A stretch of DNA of 63,069 nucleotides, the filler included, from Stramenopiles sp. TOSAG23-3 (taxonomy: Eukaryota): assembly GCA_900128585.1 (NCBI GenBank). It is 8 parts of 8 records of this genome, joined end to end, with 100 filler letters (N's around TTAATTAATTAA, not from the genome) between each part and the next. Parts side by side here need not be neighbours in the genome. Positions count along the whole stretch, not along the records: positions 1 to 7,835 come from LT643096.1; positions 7,936 to 15,762 come from LT643097.1; 6 more parts are not named here. One strand, written 5' to 3'. Of the stretch, positions 1 through 9,756 are shown one piece after another; position 1 is the first letter of the stretch; each line of letters opens with the position of its first letter. The notes under the pieces were generated by a model, which was not told the origin of the DNA, did no database searches, and was given only the letters and a program-made list of their open reading frames with translations. Made by a program: the position numbers and the translations under genes.

Positions 1-207
1 TCTTCTTCTTCTTCTTCTTCTTCTTCTTCTTCTTCTTCTTCTTCTTCTTCTTTCTTCTTTCTTCTTCCTCTTTCTTCTTCTTCTTCTTCTTTCTTCTTCT
101 TCTTCTTCTTCTTCTTCTTCTTCTTCTTCTTCTTCGTCTTCTTCTTCTCTTCTTCTTCTTTTCTTCTTTTCTTCTTTCGTTCTTCTTTCTTTTCTTCTTT
201 CTTCTTT
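1..207. repeat. (TTC)n microsatellite
   Basis: Imperfect TTC run at the window start. Confidence 0.95.
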
Positions 208-614
208 TTATTTTTTAGAAGAAGAAAGAAGAAGCGAAATGAACGTTTCAGGGTTTTTCAGGGTTTGTTTTATTTAATAAGAAAATACCATTGTAGACAA
301 TGAAATAAATTTTAGAAGATAGAAGAAAAGATGTGGTTCTTGATTCTTTCTTTATGATATTCCTATATTAAATATAAATATGTACGTTGTCTTCATTTAT
401 TAACATATAAATAGCATTGCATTCATTGCCTTGGTGGTGCTTTTTTTCTTCTTCTTTTTTCTTCTTCTTCTTCTTCTTCTTCTAAAGGCTGTAGTAACTT
501 TAAGTACCCTTAATAAGGTATTAATATTAAACATGGAGGTACCATGCAGATCGAAGAGAAATAATACAAAAATATTAAAAAAAAGGATGTAGAGTGTAAT
601 ATAAGTATATTATA

Positions 615-650
<36 letters not shown>

Positions 651-931
651 GAGGGTAACGGAAATGAACAAGTTCGTTTGTAGTAGTAGCTACTACATTC
701 ATTAAATACTATAAGTATACGTGTTAACGAATTTGTATTTTTGTATTTATGTTTTCATTCATCAGTCGTTTCTTTAGTCATTCTTTTGTTTCATTGTATT
801 ACACATTGGTTTGTTAAATTTGTTTGTTTTTTGCGTGATTGCATCGTTCTATACATATACATACGTATATATTCGCTGACCGACCAGCCAGCCAGCCACC
901 AACGAACACCAACCGTCCGCACCGAAACAAG

Positions 932-2344
932 ATGCCACGACGTCAAAGCCGTAGTCAAAATGTTAACTCGACCACCATATCCAGGGAGGAACTGATGGGT
1001 ATCCAACGGATGGTCTCCGAGCCAGAGCACACGGACCACATGAGGGACAAGCTCGACCGAAAGAAAATGTGCGACGCGCGCGTGTCCCAGTGGCCGAATA
1101 CGTTAGAAGCGATGAGGCGGAACAAGGAAGCGGCCCGGGAGAGACGGTTGGTGAACGAGGAAGCCGAGCGCCTGAAGGAAGACAAGCGGCTGGCCGCCGT
1201 CCGGGCGCAAGAGCGAAAGGTCCGCATTGAGCGGGCCAACCGCATGATCTACGAGAGCACCGATCGCATGAAGGTCCTCCGCAGTCAACTTATGTTCACG
1301 GATATCAACGCGCATAGGGACCGCCAAGTTCAGCAGAAACAGTACTGGAAGACGATGCAAAAGGAGCTCGACGGGATGTGGCACGGGGAAATCGAGCGCC
1401 AAATGCGCGAGTACGACGAGAAGGAGGGAAAGGACCTGGCGGCCAGGCACGCCAAGCACCAAGACATTGCAAAGATCCAGACCAGGCAGCTGCAAGAATA
1501 TAAAGACAAGTACATTGCCCAGCTTCGCTCGGAGCGGGAGGAAGGCATTAAGATTGCCGCGGCGTGCGTGCAAGAGGTGGCCGACGAAAAGGCCAAGATA
1601 AAGGCTGTCAAGGACCGCGCGAAGGCCAACATGGTTGCCACCTTGAAGGGGAACGAGCAGCTCCAAGAGATGAGGAAGGAATTCGCCAAGAAGGAGGCCT
1701 TGGAGGATGCCGCAATTGCCAAGTACGCGTCCGACAAGGAAGCGTCGGATAAGATGAGGAAGGCGAGGCAAAAGGAGCAGTTTGACCGGGCCCAAGCCAA
1801 GCGCCAAAAGATCATCGACGACGCCGTTGCCGCCATGGCCAAGTTTACGAACAACGAAGAGACCCGCCTGGCGTCGCAACAAGCCGAGGCGAGGGCCAAG
1901 CAAGACAAGGCGTTCGCGGACAAAGCTAGGAAACAACAACAAATGCGGGATGCCATCGAGGAGAGTAGAGTTATGCAAGAAACCATGCGTAGAAAGCAGC
2001 AAGACGAGGACGACGCGCTGGCCCGCGAAATGCAGCGCAGGTGGAAAGAGCGCAACGCCCAGTTGAATGCCGACGAGAAGCGAGAGCGCAAGGAGCGACG
2101 GGACAGCGCCCTGGCCTACCAAAACTTCCTGCTGAAGCAAGCCGAAGAGAAAAAGCGAGGGCGCCGAGAAGAGCGCGAAGGATCCCTGCGCGATGCCAAG
2201 ATTGCTGCGCAAGTGAGTGCCGAGGAGGAGGGACGTTTCTTTGACGAAGTCCGCAAAGCGCTCGCAAACATGGAGCCGGGACTGAACACGCACGCGGTGA
2301 AGAAATGTCTAAACTTGAAAGAAAAACTGCAGGAGGCGTGGTAA
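932..2344 (+). CDS. CFAP210: CFAP210/CCDC173-like axonemal coiled-coil protein (TPH-domain family)
   Basis: ATG at 932 (MPRRQ). Motifs 'RVSQWPNTLEAMR' and 'RIERANRMIYESTDRMK' resemble the CCDC173 N-terminus. The rest is E/K/R/Q-rich coiled coil. Confidence 0.75.
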   Translation: MPRRQSRSQNVNSTTISREELMGIQRMVSEPEHTDHMRDKLDRKKMCDARVSQWPNTLEAMRRNKEAARERRLVNEEAERLKEDKRLAAVRAQERKVRIERANRMIYESTDRMKVLRSQLMFTDINAHRDRQVQQKQYWKTMQKELDGMWHGEIERQMREYDEKEGKDLAARHAKHQDIAKIQTRQLQEYKDKYIAQLRSEREEGIKIAAACVQEVADEKAKIKAVKDRAKANMVATLKGNEQLQEMRKEFAKKEALEDAAIAKYASDKEASDKMRKARQKEQFDRAQAKRQKIIDDAVAAMAKFTNNEETRLASQQAEARAKQDKAFADKARKQQQMRDAIEESRVMQETMRRKQQDEDDALAREMQRRWKERNAQLNADEKRERKERRDSALAYQNFLLKQAEEKKRGRREEREGSLRDAKIAAQVSAEEEGRFFDEVRKALANMEPGLNTHAVKKCLNLKEKLQEAW

Positions 2345-2490
2345 ACGCGACGGCGCACAACGCCCGTGAGGGCGGCGAAATAAATCGTATAAAGTATAAT
2401 GAATATAAATAAATGTATCCAAACAGTTTATAAAGGACGTATTATGTCGGCGTTAACAGAAAATTGCCCACACCAATCAGATTCCCTAAT

Positions 2491-3231
2491 TTATCTCGTA
2501 ACCTCGATTGAGGCCCCCGTTATGTACTTTGAATTTGGGCTGCATAAAAATGCTGCCGTCTCCGCAATATCGCCCGGCTCTCCAAAATGGCCGAGAGGAA
2601 TCATTTCCTTGAACTTTCCCAACACTTTGTCCGGCACCGCTTCGCTCATAGGGGTCTCAATGAAACCCGGCAGTATAGCGTTCACACGGATTCTCGACTT
2701 CGCCAAATCTTTTGCAGAGCTCTTCGTTAAGCCTATCAGGCCAGACTTGGACGCGGCGTAGTTGGGCTGCCCCAAATTTCCTACCTTTCCAATGATAGAA
2801 GAAATATTTACTATGCTGCCGTTCAAAATGGTGTTCTTTTCTTTCTGGTACGCCAGAATGCGCTTTGAAACGCTTTGCGTGAGAAGAAAGGGCCCTTTGA
2901 GGTTAATATTCAAAACGGTATCCCAGTCTTCCTCCGATTGTTTCCACAGCCAACCGTCGCGAGTTACCCCAGCGCAGTTCACCAGTAGGTTTGCAGGTTG
3001 CTGCATCTTTTTTTCAACGTTCAAAACCAAGTCTTTTATTTCGCTAGGGGAGGCAATATCGCATGTGAAACTTTCTGCTTTCCCCCCATCCTTGATTAAC
3101 GACAGCGTTTCGTCGCAAGAAATTACATCCACACACGCCACTTTTGCACCATGTTGGGCCAGCTTTACCGCAGTGGCTTGACCTATTCCCCTTGCCGCCC
3201 CGGTAACTATTGCTACTGACGACGAAAGCAT
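2491..3231 (-). CDS. Classical SDR, 3-oxoacyl-ACP reductase / HSD17B8-like
   Basis: TGAARGIG, NCAGVTRD, NISS, YAASK, IRVNAILPGFIETPM and YITGASIEVT. The end lacks the usual GG. Confidence 0.92.
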   Translation of the reverse strand: MLSSSVAIVTGAARGIGQATAVKLAQHGAKVACVDVISCDETLSLIKDGGKAESFTCDIASPSEIKDLVLNVEKKMQQPANLLVNCAGVTRDGWLWKQSEEDWDTVLNINLKGPFLLTQSVSKRILAYQKEKNTILNGSIVNISSIIGKVGNLGQPNYAASKSGLIGLTKSSAKDLAKSRIRVNAILPGFIETPMSEAVPDKVLGKFKEMIPLGHFGEPGDIAETAAFLCSPNSKYITGASIEVTR

Positions 3232-3529
3232 GTTACTGGGTACTTTTGATGTTAATTAGAATGACAGCGAACTTGCCCGTTGCCTTAACGTTTTCTACTC
3301 CAGTGCCTCGATTGAGAAACGTACAAAAAATTTACTCTATTGCATCTTGGCGACGACAAACGAAGAAGAAAAAAGAATGAGAGAAGAACGACAGAAGAGT
3401 ATCTTCATCATTGTATACATTTTAAAGACATTAGAACATTATAACATTAGAATTTGTAATTGAAAGTGTTTGCTATGTAATGTACATTTTGAAATTAATG
3501 CGGCTTTTTGTTGATGGGCAAACAAAACG

Positions 3530-3808
3530 AGGAAACCTCCTCTCTTCTTTGCATTTCAACAGACTAAAATTTGTACGAATCATGAAACAAATTTTTTTTC
3601 TATTGTCGTCTTTATGGGCAACGAGAAAACCTCTCTGTGCACTCAACAAACTAAATTCGTATCATGAACTCAGGAAACCTCTCTTTGCATTTCAAAAGAC
3701 CAAAATTTGTACGAATCATGAACCAAATATTTTTTCTATTGTCATCTTTATGGGCAACGAGAAAACTCTCTTTGCTTTCAACAAACTAAATTTGTATCAT
3801 GAACTGCC
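3530..3808. repeat. Two imperfect ~140-bp tandem copies overlapping the stop codon of the 3786-7835 gene
   Basis: aggaaacctc..ttgcatttcaa..aaaatttgtacgaatcatgaa..ctttatgggcaacgagaaaac..caacaaactaaatt.gtatcatgaact occurs twice. Confidence 0.85.
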
Positions 3809-6800
3809 CACCCGGGCCAACCGTACTAGGGATTTGGACTGAGACAACGCCCTTTGGCGTCTGCACATTCATCACCATTCCCGGACGACCATTTGCGGGG
3901 ACCGTAACCATAAAGTTTCGAGCCCCCTGCAATTGGCCCTGCTGTTGTTGCCGGTGGCCCTGGTGTTGCATCTGCTGTTGCATCTGCTGCTGCGTCTGCT
4001 GTTGCATCTGCTGCTGCATCTGCTGTTGCATCTGCTGTTGTCTGTTCTGCTGTATCTGCTGTATCTGTTGTTGGTACATCTGCTGCTGCTGTTGAATCGC
4101 CTGTTGCTGCTGCAGGTACATCTGCTGCTGCTGTCGAATCGCCTGTTGCTGTTGCCGCTGCAGCGCCTCTTGTTGTTGCCGCATCGCTTCTCGCTGCATG
4201 GCCGCCTGTTGTTGCATCGCTTGATTATACATTTGCTGCTGCCTTACCCGGTCCTCTCGTGCTTTTACTGCGGCTTCCTTTTGTTGGGAATCAAACTTTT
4301 TCCCCATTTCCTTCGCGTTGTTCATGGCCGTGTTGATTAGTTCTTCGATGTTGAAGACTGGCATGTTAGGTTTCTTTGCCGATGGCTCCTCTTCGTCCAT
4401 GTCCCCTTTCTCGTACGTGTCGGAAAGCACGTAGTTCGTTAAATACTCGTCCACCTCGTCCGATTGCAAAATGTACGGGATGCAGGGCACCGCGTTCGGC
4501 AGTGCGTCAACTTCCACTCGGACCTTTTCCTGGCTTATTTCCGCCAACATAGCGTACAAACTTTTTATGTACACGTCTTGCTTCCCACCCAGCGGGTTAC
4601 CGTGGTGTTTCAGGTGTTTGCGAAGGATTTTGCTACCCATTGGCTTGTAACATATGCAATCTGCCTTTGTATAATCAAACAGCTCGTCGTAGACCTTCTT
4701 TATGGCCGGCAACTCTTTGTTTTGAGTCCCTACGTCAAACCAAAAGCAAAACCAAGTAGCAAAAAGAGGCGACCTGTTGTAAAAATCGAGCATCGAAAAC
4801 AACAGGTCAAAGTGGCCTTTGTGACGCTTGATAATCCCTTGGATCAAAGGGTTGCGTTCTGCTGACAATGGGCCCGAGTCTTTGAAATAATTCGTCATCA
4901 TGTCCCGCGATAAGCAATCGTTGTTGTAAACAAAATACCAGAAACTCCACGAAAGGCTCCATTGGTCCATGGCGCGCTTTTTCAGGCTCTCGTTCCTTTC
5001 CACGGCTATTTTCTTGTTGTAAACGTCCACGGCTTTCTTTACTATGGGGGTGTTTTCGTTGCCCTCTGCGTTCCAGCCCAGCAGCTCGTACAAACGAGAT
5101 GAATCGGAGTAGTCGGCGTCAATGCCCATCGCCGCTAAACCAAATTTCTTGGTTCCCTTCATATTCGTTATCTCCCCATTCGGCCCAGTTTGACGGTGGC
5201 CATCGCTGTACTCCATCCACATCTCGAAGCCTTGCGAGCGTTGTTCGACGCCATATTCGGTGGAAGCGCGACTAATCTTTCTTTTTGACTGCTCTTTGTC
5301 GTCTCCCCCTTTTTTCGGCATTGTATCGTTTATCACGACGCACCCGTAATGGTAGTCCCATCGGTTCCCTAGCTCCGGAACCCCTAGTTGCGGCAATCGC
5401 AGTAGATTTTTTCCCTGGGCGACCGCCCGTAGCGCCGTCCTTATCTGGCGTTTTCGTGCAATGTTCGCGTCTTGTAAATTCTTTTTAAGAAGTTCTTTTA
5501 TTCTGCCTTGTGTAGGACCCCACGACAGGAGTTCGCCGTAAGTCGATGAATTGTCCCAGTAGATTTTCACTACAAAAGGGAATGGTTCGATGCTTATCCG
5601 GCACCAATTTGACTTGCGCTCCTCTGCGCCGAAAATGATGCAACTGCTGTACGAAACGGTCTCCCACTTGTCATCGCAGTACACGTCCAGCCCCTCGAGA
5701 TAGGTTTGGACGTCAAGCAGCAGCTTCTTCTCTTCATCCTCCAACGGTTTCAGTCCCGATTCCCAGGCTTCGAACCCTCGAAAGTGCAGGAGTTCGAGCA
5801 TGTCTCTCAATCGCTCGGACGGGCGTTTCAGTTCGGGCCCGTCCAAGAAAGGCTGCAGGCCTGGTAAGCGAACGAGTTTGTCTTTCTTTTTCGCCCCTTC
5901 CCCTTCGGTGACCCTTTCGGAGGCGCTCAGCTTTAGGTCGGTCTGAAACAGGTAATCCCAGAACGGTTTCCAGAGCCTTCGTCTCCGCTCGAAAGATAGG
6001 TTCCATTTTGGTATGGTCCCCGTCTTTCCCGTGTACGGTTCTCCATGGTCCATAAAATCAATGCGACCGGTCCATTTCTTTAACCTCAACTGCCCCGCAG
6101 ACCCCACAAACAGACTGGTCATGAGCATAATTACTAGATGGGCCCCAACCACTACATTCAACAGGGTGCCCCACAGTTGCAAGCGAGGGTCCACGGCGTG
6201 GGAAACGATCGTTGTAATCGGGCACAGTAGCAACACAACCCGGCAGGTTTGGTCAAACGCGTCATTTATGCGCTCCAGAAACGGCGAGGCCCTGCAGGCA
6301 AAAAACGTGTATACGCCCAGAATGCACGTGGCAAGGGAAGCTTGTAGCAAGGTGCGAACTACGCTATCAGAAGACCACACGTAGTCGAAACTGCTGGACG
6401 TCAACACCACCGCAGGGACGATTTGCGCAAACTTGAACCACATTATGTAAACCTTGTAATACGCCCAATCGATTTCGTAAATTTCGTACAAATACACATA
6501 CGGGTTGTCTTGGTGGCGCCGGATTTCGGTCCTGTAGATCTGCTTTGTAAATTCCTCCACTTTCCCTTCGTCGTTGAACCAGACCTGCTTGTCGCCGAGG
6601 CGAACGTATCTATCGTATTCCTCCTGGTAGTTCGGGTTGTCGAGTTCAGGCATTTTTCGATACGGATGGTCCTTTGTATTTGGTTCGATCGGCTGTGGGC
6701 GCAAAGCAACGATGACAGCGCGCAAGCGCTTTGGGAACGTGTACGTGATGCCGAACAAAATCGCCAATGAAGCTGCCAAATGAATGAAGTACGAGGTGGT

Positions 6801-7835
6801 GGCGTAGCACTGGCTTCCGTAGCCTTGCAAAGTCCCACTTCCTAGTTCTAAAAAGGAGGCGGCCTGCAGCACTTTCATTTCTTCGTGGGCGGTTTGGAAC
6901 ACCGTGCCCTTCTTGATCGATGCTTTATCGCCTAACTCCTTCAAAACGTTGGCCCGAATTTCGGGGCACACCGTCATTGTGGGGGACAGGTACGCAATTG
7001 TGCCTTCAGTAGTAGCCGTGCCGTTGTCCATCACGGTGCATTTAATTTTTGCGTAAGCATACTTGTCTGCGCACGCAAGCACCTGCATCGCGTTGCGGCT
7101 GACGGGCGCATACATTGAAGTCATAAAGAACAGCATGTACTTTATTCGACGGTACCGCTGGCCCCCGTCTTTTTGGTTCTGTTTGCGCCAATCAAACGCG
7201 TGGCCGTTTTGTGCCACGTCGGAGACTTTTTTCTTTGACTGCGCGGGGACGTCCACGTTAAAATACCGGAAGAGAATCCCAACGGTGGCACAAGACACTG
7301 CGGCCACAATCCAGAACCACACCAGGGGGGAGAACGATACCCAGTACTTCATAATGTCTGAAATCGCCAACGATATGAATTCCGCCAGGCGACCAAAAAA
7401 CTGTTCAAAAGCAATTGGAAAGCTGATGCACTCCACCAATATCCCTAGAATCTGGTAAAAATCACGCATGATTTCTACTTTTGTCAGGTCGAACGGGATC
7501 ATGTCGACCAGCTTCGCAGCCCAACCAGAACTTAGCATGGCCAAGCTAGCGCTGCTCGCTTTCACTTCGTCGGACAGGTTCGACATGCCAGTCAGGAGGT
7601 GGCGCCCACCGTCTGCTATGAGCCCCATATTCTTTCGAACCGCGCTGTTGACAATTTCAGAGTGAAATTTTATTTCGGGCACGGGGATGTTGGGAAATTC
7701 AAATTCCCCTGCGGCCGTAGCCACGTCGTTCGCTGCCCCAGAGGCAGCGCTGCCCGCTGCCCCGGCGACCGTTTGGACCCCGTTCGCCACCCCGGAAGCC
7801 GCGTCGCCCGCGACCCCAGCAACGGTTTGGACCCC
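3786..7835 (-). CDS. Large multi-pass membrane protein with Q-rich tail (5'-truncated at contig end)
   Basis: Frame stays open to 7835. N-terminal 18-aa GVQTVAG.AG.AASG repeats, several hydrophobic helices, a Q/M-rich tract and a C-terminal VP..G.PG...V.IP...PG..F module. Confidence 0.85.
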   Translation of the reverse strand, partial: GVQTVAGVAGDAASGVANGVQTVAGAAGSAASGAANDVATAAGEFEFPNIPVPEIKFHSEIVNSAVRKNMGLIADGGRHLLTGMSNLSDEVKASSASLAMLSSGWAAKLVDMIPFDLTKVEIMRDFYQILGILVECISFPIAFEQFFGRLAEFISLAISDIMKYWVSFSPLVWFWIVAAVSCATVGILFRYFNVDVPAQSKKKVSDVAQNGHAFDWRKQNQKDGGQRYRRIKYMLFFMTSMYAPVSRNAMQVLACADKYAYAKIKCTVMDNGTATTEGTIAYLSPTMTVCPEIRANVLKELGDKASIKKGTVFQTAHEEMKVLQAASFLELGSGTLQGYGSQCYATTSYFIHLAASLAILFGITYTFPKRLRAVIVALRPQPIEPNTKDHPYRKMPELDNPNYQEEYDRYVRLGDKQVWFNDEGKVEEFTKQIYRTEIRRHQDNPYVYLYEIYEIDWAYYKVYIMWFKFAQIVPAVVLTSSSFDYVWSSDSVVRTLLQASLATCILGVYTFFACRASPFLERINDAFDQTCRVVLLLCPITTIVSHAVDPRLQLWGTLLNVVVGAHLVIMLMTSLFVGSAGQLRLKKWTGRIDFMDHGEPYTGKTGTIPKWNLSFERRRRLWKPFWDYLFQTDLKLSASERVTEGEGAKKKDKLVRLPGLQPFLDGPELKRPSERLRDMLELLHFRGFEAWESGLKPLEDEEKKLLLDVQTYLEGLDVYCDDKWETVSYSSCIIFGAEERKSNWCRISIEPFPFVVKIYWDNSSTYGELLSWGPTQGRIKELLKKNLQDANIARKRQIRTALRAVAQGKNLLRLPQLGVPELGNRWDYHYGCVVINDTMPKKGGDDKEQSKRKISRASTEYGVEQRSQGFEMWMEYSDGHRQTGPNGEITNMKGTKKFGLAAMGIDADYSDSSRLYELLGWNAEGNENTPIVKKAVDVYNKKIAVERNESLKKRAMDQWSLSWSFWYFVYNNDCLSRDMMTNYFKDSGPLSAERNPLIQGIIKRHKGHFDLLFSMLDFYNRSPLFATWFCFWFDVGTQNKELPAIKKVYDELFDYTKADCICYKPMGSKILRKHLKHHGNPLGGKQDVYIKSLYAMLAEISQEKVRVEVDALPNAVPCIPYILQSDEVDEYLTNYVLSDTYEKGDMDEEEPSAKKPNMPVFNIEELINTAMNNAKEMGKKFDSQQKEAAVKAREDRVRQQQMYNQAMQQQAAMQREAMRQQQEALQRQQQQAIRQQQQMYLQQQQAIQQQQQMYQQQIQQIQQNRQQQMQQQMQQQMQQQTQQQMQQQMQHQGHRQQQQGQLQGARNFMVTVPANGRPGMVMNVQTPKGVVSVQIPSTVGPGGQFMIQI

Positions 7836-7935
7836 NNNNNNNNNNNNNNNNNNNNNNNNNNNNNNNNNNNNNNNNNNNNTTAATTAATTAANNNNNNNNN
7901 NNNNNNNNNNNNNNNNNNNNNNNNNNNNNNNNNNN
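7836..7935. other. Artificial contig linker N44-TTAATTAATTAA-N44
   Basis: Identical 100-nt spacer with stops in all six frames, repeated seven times in the window. Confidence 0.99.
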
Positions 7936-8028
7936 AAAACAAGAAAATTGGCTGTTATTTAAGTAATTAAAACTAATGTACTGCGAACTGAACTCTAGAT
8001 TTAGACTCTTCCTCTTCTCATTAAATTT

Positions 8029-9162
8029 TTAATGAAGGGAATGGCCAGGTCCAGCAGATGCAAATCTATCGTTTTCATCATCATGATGTTGACTAACTGG
8101 TAATTCATTTTCTATATCGGTTTGCGGAACGGCTGTATACCCTCGTGGTCGACCAAAAGTTGCTTCTTTTGCCAAAAAATGGAGGCAGCAGGGCACCAGG
8201 AAACATAGAACAAAGGGCAACAGCGCCAAAAACATTATCCACTCCCCAACTCTAGCACACGAAAAACAGTCTTTAGTGTCTTTGCCTACGGGAAACCAAA
8301 CGCGCACCGTGTAGCGATTCATCGGCGCGAGGTACGAATGTCGTTGAAATTTCACTATTCCAGTTTTCTCGTCGTACGTGGACCCCGTTTCATTGACCAG
8401 GTTTGGGCCGAATATTTTTAGCTCCTTCTTCTTGAACGCCTTCGGAAGCTTTATCTCCACAAAGATGCGCTTTATTGCCAAACGGTTTGAATATCCAGTG
8501 CTGTACACAATTTCGTTGAAGGTATTGCTTCCGTTTTGAATCACCCCTAAATCTCCCCACCAGTCCAATCGGTATCTGTTGGTAACAACTGGAGGCGCAA
8601 TAATCTCTGGAAACTCCCACATGATGACACTTTTGCAGCGCGTCGTCGCTCTCTTCTTCACCTGTATCTTGCTATGGTTGGAGTATTGCTGGCTGGTCAG
8701 GTTCCGTATGCCTTTAGTGTAAAAGCCTATGCCCACGGTGTCGTCTCCCAAAAAAATGGCTTGGGAAGAAAATTTTCCACTTCTATAATTGTAATCGTTC
8801 CACATGGAACCATTGATTTGACACTTGCCTTTGACGGCTTCAATTTTCACAAACACTCCAGAAATTTCGGCCTCGTTATCGTCGTCGGGCCCGGCCTTTA
8901 GCTTCGAGTCAACTTCTAAGGCAGAAACGTACGTCTGACCGTCAGCGGCAACGCTCCCATTTACATACGCATACCGTTCCTGCTGGGGCAACGACTTGTT
9001 TGCCTGCAACGGCCTCGCAGCTTCTACAACAATTTCTAAGTTTTGGTCGTCCTCCCTCACAAGATTCTGAGCACAGACAAAACCGACGCATAGCAGTAAT
9101 GAGGAAAGGAACAGTGACGACGAGCCGTTGCCTTGCGACACCCCAAAGCCTAATCCTCCCAT
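8029..9162 (-). CDS. Single-pass type I membrane protein with beta-rich ectodomain (weakly DUF2207-like)
   Basis: Signal peptide LFLSSLLLCVGFVCA, N-glycosylation sequons, TM WIMFLALLPFVLCFLVPCCL and a cytosolic YTAV sorting motif. Confidence 0.75.
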   Translation of the reverse strand: MGGLGFGVSQGNGSSSLFLSSLLLCVGFVCAQNLVREDDQNLEIVVEAARPLQANKSLPQQERYAYVNGSVAADGQTYVSALEVDSKLKAGPDDDNEAEISGVFVKIEAVKGKCQINGSMWNDYNYRSGKFSSQAIFLGDDTVGIGFYTKGIRNLTSQQYSNHSKIQVKKRATTRCKSVIMWEFPEIIAPPVVTNRYRLDWWGDLGVIQNGSNTFNEIVYSTGYSNRLAIKRIFVEIKLPKAFKKKELKIFGPNLVNETGSTYDEKTGIVKFQRHSYLAPMNRYTVRVWFPVGKDTKDCFSCARVGEWIMFLALLPFVLCFLVPCCLHFLAKEATFGRPRGYTAVPQTDIENELPVSQHHDDENDRFASAGPGHSLH

Positions 9163-9756
9163 AATGTCTCTCGGCTCAATCAACTACTGCAACTGAAAAA
9201 AAATTCTTCTCTCTGCTAATCAACAACAAAGGCACCACAAATCTCCCAACGATTGCAATACTAATTTCTACACGATTCAAATATTTTCCAATGAAATCAG
9301 ATTTTAAAACTGCCCTTTTCTTCATCATTAATTTTATTATTTCATAATAATATTTTTTTTTTTCTTCATCTATCTCACACGACGCGCGGCGGCCGGGCGG
9401 CATCCTCCCATCATTATTATCATTATTTTCAACGGAATAAGACGCACGTAGTAGACTAGTAGAACAAAAAAATGAAAATAATTAACCCTAATGTGAACAC
9501 TCTTTCTAGAATTTTTTTCCACATCATCCATCATCAAAACAAACAAAAAAAAAGCAAGAAGAAGAAAAAAAAACAAGTTCAAGTTCACTTTTGCTTGGGT
9601 GTTGTTCGAGTTCACTAAGAGTGTCATAAGGATAAAACGTAACCTTTATTTAAAAGATATATAATAAGGTCGAATTGAAAAGATGAAGCCAATCATTTAG
9701 AGTTGCAGGATTAGAAACTGCAGCGTTTTATACCCATTTAACGCAGACAGCGGAAT

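Noticed and set aside
2470-2500. Tiny intron restoring the SDR C-terminal GG
   Set aside because: The only nearby GT-AG (17 nt) removes conserved VT and gives no better ending.
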